Source: Obrimoposthia wandeli
Taxonomy: Eukaryota
NCBI GenBank assembly: GCA_977020255.1
Contig: CDROCS010000253.1
Location: 3,472,001-3,536,000 of the forward strand
DNA: 64,000 nucleotides
Reading direction: 5' to 3'
Shown here: positions 60,378-64,000 of the stretch, piece by piece
Position numbering within the stretch: the stretch's first letter is position 1
How the letters are laid out: each line of letters begins with the position of its first letter
The notes under the pieces: generated by a model
Database searches by the model: none
What the model was told of the DNA's origin: nothing
Seen by the model: only the letters and a program-made list of their open reading frames with translations
Translations under genes and position numbers: made by a program

Positions 60378-63038
60378 TTAAAAGTCACGCACAGGTGGCG
60401 GCGCCAATACTTCACGCGCACCATTATTACCTGGTGTTGATACGACACCTTGTACTTCCATTTGTTCAACAATTCGTGCTGAACGGTTATAACCTATTCT
60501 AAATTGTCTTTGTACACTGGAAATTGAAACTCGGCGTTTTTCAGTAACAAAGTTCACCGCTTCATCGTAAAGCGCGTCAACATCTTCAGCCTCACTAACT
60601 TCGGCTTGTTCGCCCGGTAGTAAAATGTCTTGATCATGTTCACCTGACAGAATTTCTTCAACGTAGTTAGGCTCTCCACGAGACTTCCAATCTTTTACTA
60701 CTGCATGTACTTCATGATCGTCAACAAAAGCACCATGCACACGTGTTGGTACACCAGTACCCGGTGGTAAATACAGCATATCACCCATACCAAGTAACTG
60801 CTCTGCCCCTTGTTGATCTAAAATCGTACGGGAGTTTAAGCCTGACGATACCTGAAACGCCATACGCGTAGGAATATTGGCTTTAATTAAACCGGTAATA
60901 ACATCTACTGACGGGCGCTGTGTGGCAAGTATTAAGTGAATACCAGCAGCACGGGCTTTTTGCGCAATACGGGCAATCAGCTCTTCTACTTTTTTACCTA
61001 CAATCATCATCATGTCAGCAAATTCATCCACGATAACAACAATGCTTGGTAATTTTTCTAACGTCGGTGGTGTTTGATCTAAACTATCCGTTGGTTGCCA
61101 TAACGGGTCAATAATCGGCTCGCCTTTGGCAATCGCTGCAAGTACTTTCTTGTTGTAGCCTTTTAAGTTACGCACACCTACCGCAGACATCACTTTATAA
61201 CGACGTTCCATTTCACCAACACACCAACGCAGTGCATTAGCGGCGTCTTTCATATCGGTTACAACTTCAGCCAGTAAATGTGGGATACCTTCGTAAACCG
61301 AAAGCTCAAGCATTTTAGGGTCAATCATGATCATACGCACATCTTCGGGCGTTGATTTATACAGCAAGCTGATAATCATGGTGTTAACACCGACGGACTT
61401 ACCTGAGCCAGTGGTACCTGCAACCAGTAAATGTGGCATTTTACCTAAATCGACCACAACGGGATCACCAGCAATATCTTTCCCTAAAACCATGGCAAGT
61501 GGCGATGAAGACTCTTCAAAAGCAGCACAGCCAATCACTTCACTTAAATAGACAATTTCACGGTGTTTATTCGGTAGTTCTAAACCAATGACAGATTTAC
61601 CCGGAATAACTTCCACTACGCGCACACTAATAGCGGATAAAGCACGGGCTAAATCTTTCGATAGGCTAGTAATTTTATTAACTTTAACACCGGGTGCTAA
61701 GTCTAATTCAAAGCGAGTAATAACAGGTCCGGGGTAAACAGAGACCACTTGTGCTTGTACACCAAAGTCGAGTAATTTCGCTTCTACTAAGCGGCTTACT
61801 TGGTCTAGTTCTTCTTGATTAATTGGGTTTTTCGCTTTGTCAGGTCGATCAAGTAAGTCGATAGATGGCATTTCTTGAATGATTTTTTCTTCAACGGCCA
61901 CGAGGTTAACTTGGCCATTGTCATCAGTTATATGTTGCTCAACTGGCGCTAACGGCACTGGCATAGGAAATTGATAATCATCAGCAACATTAAGCTTTTC
62001 AACATCAGCAAAAGCGGCAGTAATTTCTTTCTCGCTAACATGCTGTTGAACATTACCAACAGAAAGTTCAGTCATCAACTCGGCAATATCAATAAAAGGT
62101 TCACTTTTTTCCGCAACAGTATTTCGCGATGATACATGTTCTTCTTCAGTAATGAAGGGTTCAGGTAATTCAATTACCGCTGTTTTGGCAAATATAGCTG
62201 AAGGCATCTTTTCAGAAGGTATGGGGTCGGAAGACATTTGCTCTGAAGCCATTTTATCTGAAGAAAATGATTCTGAGGTTAACTCTTCATCCTTATCATT
62301 AACTTTATTTTTGACCAAACTATTTTTAAACAAGCGACTTTTAACATTACCAAGCGCTTCATCATTATTGTTGTCTTCACTTGTACCTAAGTGCGTTTTA
62401 ATCAGTTTAGGTGAGTTTATCAGCCAAAGTGCAGCCTCAATAGCGTATCGACCGACCGAATCTATAAATTTAAGCCATGAAAATCCGGTTAACAGTACAA
62501 AACCTGCGCAAGTAAAAAGCAAAAACAGTAGCGTAGAGCCAACAAATGAAAAGTATGGCAATAAGGTTTTACTCAGCACATCCCCTAAAATACCACCCGC
62601 AGAGAAGTAAAAAATATCATCAAAGTTCATGCTGGCTAAAGAGGATACGCCAAGATATAACATGAAAAAACCAATCAACTTTAACCCTAGGGTTAAATAG
62701 TCGAGTTTCATCAAATCATGAAAGCGTTGAAACAATAACCAACCCACGACAGCGATAACAAAGGGTAAACTATAAGCAATAAGCCCAAAAAGGTTTAAAA
62801 ATAAATCAGAAAGGTAAGCACCAACCGCACCACCTAAGTTACGTACTTGTGTTTGATAACCTGTTTGCGCCCAACCGGGATCAGCAGGATCAAAACTAAA
62901 TAATGCCAACATAGTAAACATGGCAAAAACAGTGAAAAACAATAACCCAGCTTCAAGTAAGCGTTGCACGCCAGTGAGCTGTTTATTGGTCAATGTATCA
63001 AGTGAAACATCGGGATTTTCTATAAGATCTGAAGACAA
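60378..63038 (-). CDS. ftsK: DNA translocase FtsK
   Basis: N-terminal TMs, [30 protein letters not shown], gamma domain IGYNRSARI. Confidence 0.99.
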   Translation of the reverse strand: MSSDLIENPDVSLDTLTNKQLTGVQRLLEAGLLFFTVFAMFTMLALFSFDPADPGWAQTGYQTQVRNLGGAVGAYLSDLFLNLFGLIAYSLPFVIAVVGWLLFQRFHDLMKLDYLTLGLKLIGFFMLYLGVSSLASMNFDDIFYFSAGGILGDVLSKTLLPYFSFVGSTLLFLLFTCAGFVLLTGFSWLKFIDSVGRYAIEAALWLINSPKLIKTHLGTSEDNNNDEALGNVKSRLFKNSLVKNKVNDKDEELTSESFSSDKMASEQMSSDPIPSEKMPSAIFAKTAVIELPEPFITEEEHVSSRNTVAEKSEPFIDIAELMTELSVGNVQQHVSEKEITAAFADVEKLNVADDYQFPMPVPLAPVEQHITDDNGQVNLVAVEEKIIQEMPSIDLLDRPDKAKNPINQEELDQVSRLVEAKLLDFGVQAQVVSVYPGPVITRFELDLAPGVKVNKITSLSKDLARALSAISVRVVEVIPGKSVIGLELPNKHREIVYLSEVIGCAAFEESSSPLAMVLGKDIAGDPVVVDLGKMPHLLVAGTTGSGKSVGVNTMIISLLYKSTPEDVRMIMIDPKMLELSVYEGIPHLLAEVVTDMKDAANALRWCVGEMERRYKVMSAVGVRNLKGYNKKVLAAIAKGEPIIDPLWQPTDSLDQTPPTLEKLPSIVVIVDEFADMMMIVGKKVEELIARIAQKARAAGIHLILATQRPSVDVITGLIKANIPTRMAFQVSSGLNSRTILDQQGAEQLLGMGDMLYLPPGTGVPTRVHGAFVDDHEVHAVVKDWKSRGEPNYVEEILSGEHDQDILLPGEQAEVSEAEDVDALYDEAVNFVTEKRRVSISSVQRQFRIGYNRSARIVEQMEVQGVVSTPGNNGAREVLAPPPVRDF

Positions 63039-63294
63039 TTATAAGTACCATTGGAAATAAATACGTAAAAGTTACGTATAGCAGAGCTAAAGTATCAAAT
63101 TAGCGCTTAGTTTGCCATTAGTGCATGTTATTTTATACAGCTATGTAAATTTACCACGGCGAGAGTGCTTTAAAGGCAGATAGTAATAACAAGCACCACA
63201 GAGAACTCGGAGTATATTAGTCAAAAATCACTTACTCTATGTTAGGCAAAACGCCTCCGTGCACTCGGTGGTCAATACTGCTGGGTATTTTCTA

Positions 63295-63771
63295 TTAACG
63301 TTTAATGGCAAGTAGGTTGGTCGATTTAATTTCATCCATCACCACATAAGTTCTACTCTCACTTACCGCTGGTAACCTTAATAGGGTATCTCCGAGTAAT
63401 TCTCGATAGGCAAGCATATCTTTTACTCGGGTTTTAAGTAAGAAATCAAAATCACCTGAAACTAAATGGCATTCTTGAATAACATCAAGTTCATCAACGG
63501 CTTTAGCGAAATCATCAAAAACGTCTGGACTGGTTTTAGTCAGAGTGATTTCAACAAACACTAATAAGGCAGCGTCAAGTTTATGCGGATTAAGTATCGC
63601 TTTATAACCGCTAATGTACTTCTCTTTTTCTAAGCGTTTAACTCTTTCTAAACAAGGAGTTGGACTTAGACCAACACGTTTTGATAACTCAACATTGGAT
63701 AAACGACCATTTTTTTGTAGTTCAACTAGAATGTTTTTATCGATGCGATCAATGGTTTTATTAAGGCTCAT
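63295..63771 (-). CDS. lrp: Leucine-responsive regulator Lrp
   Basis: LDRIDK-type start, GRLSNVELSKRVGLSPTPCLERV, QECHLVSGDFD. Confidence 0.96.
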   Translation of the reverse strand: MSLNKTIDRIDKNILVELQKNGRLSNVELSKRVGLSPTPCLERVKRLEKEKYISGYKAILNPHKLDAALLVFVEITLTKTSPDVFDDFAKAVDELDVIQECHLVSGDFDFLLKTRVKDMLAYRELLGDTLLRLPAVSESRTYVVMDEIKSTNLLAIKR

Positions 63772-63940
63772 TATATAACTCTGTGTTTTGTCTTGTTTTA
63801 AGCATTATATATCGCGTTAGACTAAATAACGACAGGTTATTCTATTAGTTTACTCATATACTAGTCGTATCTAAAAAAAGCACTTCAGACATATTGAAGC
63901 GGCACTAAATACAATAAGTTAAATATAAGAGAGAAAAAAT

Positions 63941-64000
63941 ATGATTATTGGCGTACCTAAAGAAATTAAAAACCACGAGTACCGTATCGGCTTAACACCT
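63941..64000 (+). CDS. ald: Alanine dehydrogenase, N-terminus (runs off the window)
   Basis: MIIGVPKEIKNHEYRIGLTP, divergent from lrp. Confidence 0.9.
   Translation, partial: MIIGVPKEIKNHEYRIGLTP

Noticed and set aside
62150-62330. Low-complexity S/E/D/P stretch in FtsK and the insert in RarA (~58740-58830)
   Set aside because: Variable linkers are normal in these proteins; no intein motifs were seen

Overview
AT-rich gammaproteobacterial chromosome segment; gene content and order suggest Alteromonadales, Colwellia-like (inference). Left arm (1-28 kb): housekeeping and accessory genes (nitroreductase, EamA exporter behind a possible leader peptide and terminator, sppA, ansA, zapB-zapA-minCDE, hemerythrin, a GGDEF-EAL-CZB signalling protein, amidohydrolase, peptidases, Na+/alanine-glycine symporter) with several ERIC-like miniature repeats. 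Right arm (56-64 kb): serS-crcB-rarA-lolA-ftsK-lrp/ald core block. Between them lies a sedentary chromosomal integron. An intact intI (55236-56201) sits next to serS, with a minus-strand cassette array running left to at least 36.4 kb. The array has three zones: a heavily decayed intI-proximal zone (gene-less cassettes, pseudogenes, a degraded tyrosine-recombinase plus IS91-type element), a well-preserved middle zone (45.7-49.9 kb; seven consecutive cassettes with perfectly complementary 7-bp cores), and a distal zone with intact genes but eroded attC sites. The most striking signal is an intact IS1182-family element and a 177-bp MITE with related ends, inserted in tandem at the AAC/GTT crossover triplet of one attC, each followed by an AAC copy. 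No CRISPR, rRNA or tRNA was recognised. All family names come from motif recognition by eye; no database search was run.
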